IMG/VR virus record: IMGVR_UViG_3300029305_006397
Reading direction: 5' to 3' (one strand)
DNA length: 64,000 bases
DNA from: a virus
In this document: piece after piece, positions 63,801 through 64,000 of the stretch
Numbering within the stretch: the first letter of the stretch is position 1
How the letters are laid out: the number at the start of each line of letters is the position of its first letter
Made by a program: the position numbers and the translations under genes
The notes under the pieces: model-generated
The model's database searches: none
What the model saw: the letters and a program-made list of their open reading frames with translations, nothing else
Told to the model about the DNA's origin: nothing

Positions 63801-64000
63801 AATTGCTTTGCTTAATCAAGCTATTGATGCATACACAAAAGATATTTGGGCGAATACGCCTGTTGCAGAACATAAGCTCGATACAAGCGCGATAACTGGA
63901 TATATTTCTGATATTGAAAGTATGTATGGTGCTCTTGAGGATGGGATTGATAGATTAGAGCTTTATCAGTTGTCTTTGAAATACCCTGAATTGTACATTG
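57841..64000 (+). CDS. tail tape-measure protein (partial, over 2050 aa, runs off the window)
   Basis: The frame stays open from the ATG at 57841 to the window end; checked in frame at 60361 and 63961. Core segment NLYKVTDETADRYDKF...LGRNMASYIEQTADWTKLGYSLDEAEQLSELSSVYSNVGEV...AMNAAGVDMQHTLAMLTGITEITQNSSEAGNALKV is typical of tape-measure proteins. Hydrophobic helices near 61380-61660. Coiled-coil rich. Confidence 0.85.
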   Translation, partial: MADERFRALLSAELESGALDNIKKQLNGLSEEPIRIGIELDLRETQRQLNAITDTFRDLNRTMRGLRFENLFHNFNSSSASLRRIAETFGNLEDNIVGIRNALGTIDNDAGIASITQTINEMNRATANAVDQMRELIEVTRNQNFSFNLNMGAGNTTAAYGRAARQSIAELRQQASAIEEAFRVATNATQGYEAVFRAAAGTNQMGRLFEIAPNIGDTTQSLRQQMDVYREYIQIQQEIARIRGIDLSGVTAGFVRSANEIIDAAERVQDGTAQTEQNIERLRGILGGGIGAEELAAQIDRVCSSLEEIRTSLSGLGENIRLDGLTASFDRLSATIENLLHNATIIRTVLGNGLGAAGSQINDVVQSTGRLYDINLDTMSSEIGNVTEAMRRLGFCDESIRSVTDSLSNMEIAIRKITIATRNTGGINLSIEGKNQYGDTVTNRRSVYEVQEEGTMFPTLINEDRGTRLVRTFKEIDAAYSELKKSIQEMSSLEGKLVGLDARENMAEIVAVNNRLRELQQRIVDLYDTHGNDFSAEQIRNLDMVAASAAESLTQLRARTQDAANHDAVNQSFRELGDTIRRIGSLEGKLLSLDPNKDQAQIEELRRELDALYLSYNRIFAENRHRFSTNQIDQLENEFQSAAEKVAILDAKLQDVSAAKLKAQIDEINRGLDTSKYEKEVKSVEAAFKKLGVQSDAAKEAIRQLKESFETLKESKGNEEAMLAAATAYATALEKAKNIVDIDKLNPRQQLTSEIKTWLTQNGNAAADARAEVEKLLQTIEACSETDIDKHAAEWGRLKKAIDSSQDSALNLQNVITKLASQYLSFTDICNYIKMAFKAMYENVLEIDTAMTNLYKVTDETADRYDKFLTTAAKKSKDLGRNMASYIEQTADWTKLGYSLDEAEQLSELSSVYSNVGEVDDSTAVSDIVTAMKAFNIEAKDAVKIIDSLNELGNRFATNAADLGTGLTKSASAMNAAGVDMQHTLAMLTGITEITQNSSEAGNALKVFSMRIRGMKGELEELGEEVGENVDSISKVQTQILNLTKGKVNIFDDAGQFRDYYEIMQDIANEWDKLNSIDRSNLSEILFGKMRGNQGQALIQAFQSGQITKALETAQKSAGSAMAEQEKWMESLEAKLGSLDAVIQKISENVLDSDLLKGGIDLLTGILSVVEQITDSLGSFGTLLVGLPIGIFAGGAVNELVRLATAAANTAEGFNLLGSIGPALNVGFKSVTKAVGGLKGAFAALGKVIAANPILAIATGVLTVISIIEAVHTSASEAAEKFNDAVAEYDTAKQKVADVNTELNTCISRMEELERKKGLTFVEQQELEDLREATALLETQALLAEKEVQRKAKEVATSAYESYDKNFGSFNDEALEYYTKMYDTSMSGRHKEWQKYDAKNLASMFGAYTEAVKAKNELEATMARYANGESISAAEFASIQGYETFISEYDQLVADIEASITTLNGYQLNLASLPEETFSEFPWLKAFKNEVDSAVDYYLQVFEPGVWKQQQYDALFDTEPYAAAKKALLEIASANKTVGVTLDDVKTQFGDSYGTFLEDLWAAGFELEDFINNINSEAGIIDLNTASKQTLKDFYEANDIDPEGENEVGINVEVGVNERPNQSGLTVLQLMDYIDSLNEEDKVLFYSLEIDWSTATIEDIESMMASAKLGTEGGKISFADLMGDKEYLAFIEEQTKKATALKEALALIDEGKIEKIDYQGLQELFKTPVTTETSRDWYSNQLIALETETNEAIDQYVALGEDAVAQTQIASQKNVLKPAFTYDPEAVDPSKITDYIDAAENLYSYLEDGIERKDLMGLAYDMPELGINWTVAQDELDAEATKAIKNIRRSIVDFYSEQYDAATSAAERARIINEQRAVLSIFDLLGIKDAESFDFEDTSQIRSIISGLQDDLRDVISGEMSEAEKASMVTDLLENHSEVLLEAGITNLNTSNLEESLNTLITTYKDRIVSILTTARDALNPTDNANEIALLNQAIDAYTKDIWANTPVAEHKLDTSAITGYISDIESMYGALEDGIDRLELYQLSLKYPELYI

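Overview
This window looks like part of a large tailed dsDNA phage or prophage genome. It is AT-rich with strong AGGAGG-type Shine-Dalgarno sites, so a Firmicutes-like host is likely. From 1 to about 33200 is a leftward (minus-strand) early region. It holds a tRNA array (at least 10 canonical tRNAs plus noncanonical tRNA-like elements and long structured spacers), an RtcB RNA ligase, a ParB-like protein, one or two tyrosine recombinases, an R-S-ExE ADP-ribosyltransferase-like protein and about 75 tightly packed small ORFs. From about 33200 to 35345 is a largely noncoding control region with promoters, palindromic operators, GC-rich structured tracts and one small RHH-like gene. From 35346 to 64000 is a rightward block: a wHTH protein, a 961-aa protein with a DxDGD two-barrel RNA-polymerase signature (YonO/RdRP-like), an HU-like protein, a second tRNA array (about 10 tRNAs), then terminase, portal, scaffold, capsid, tail genes and a truncated tape-measure gene. 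The most unusual feature is a series of eight self-cleaving ribozyme motifs, six type-I hammerheads and two pistols. They sit in the intergenic spacers of the leftward operon between 28300 and 32850, some overlapping stop codons. The same genome also carries RtcB and a cREC-like protein, both of which act on the RNA end chemistry these ribozymes produce. All calls come from reading the sequence by eye; no searches were run.
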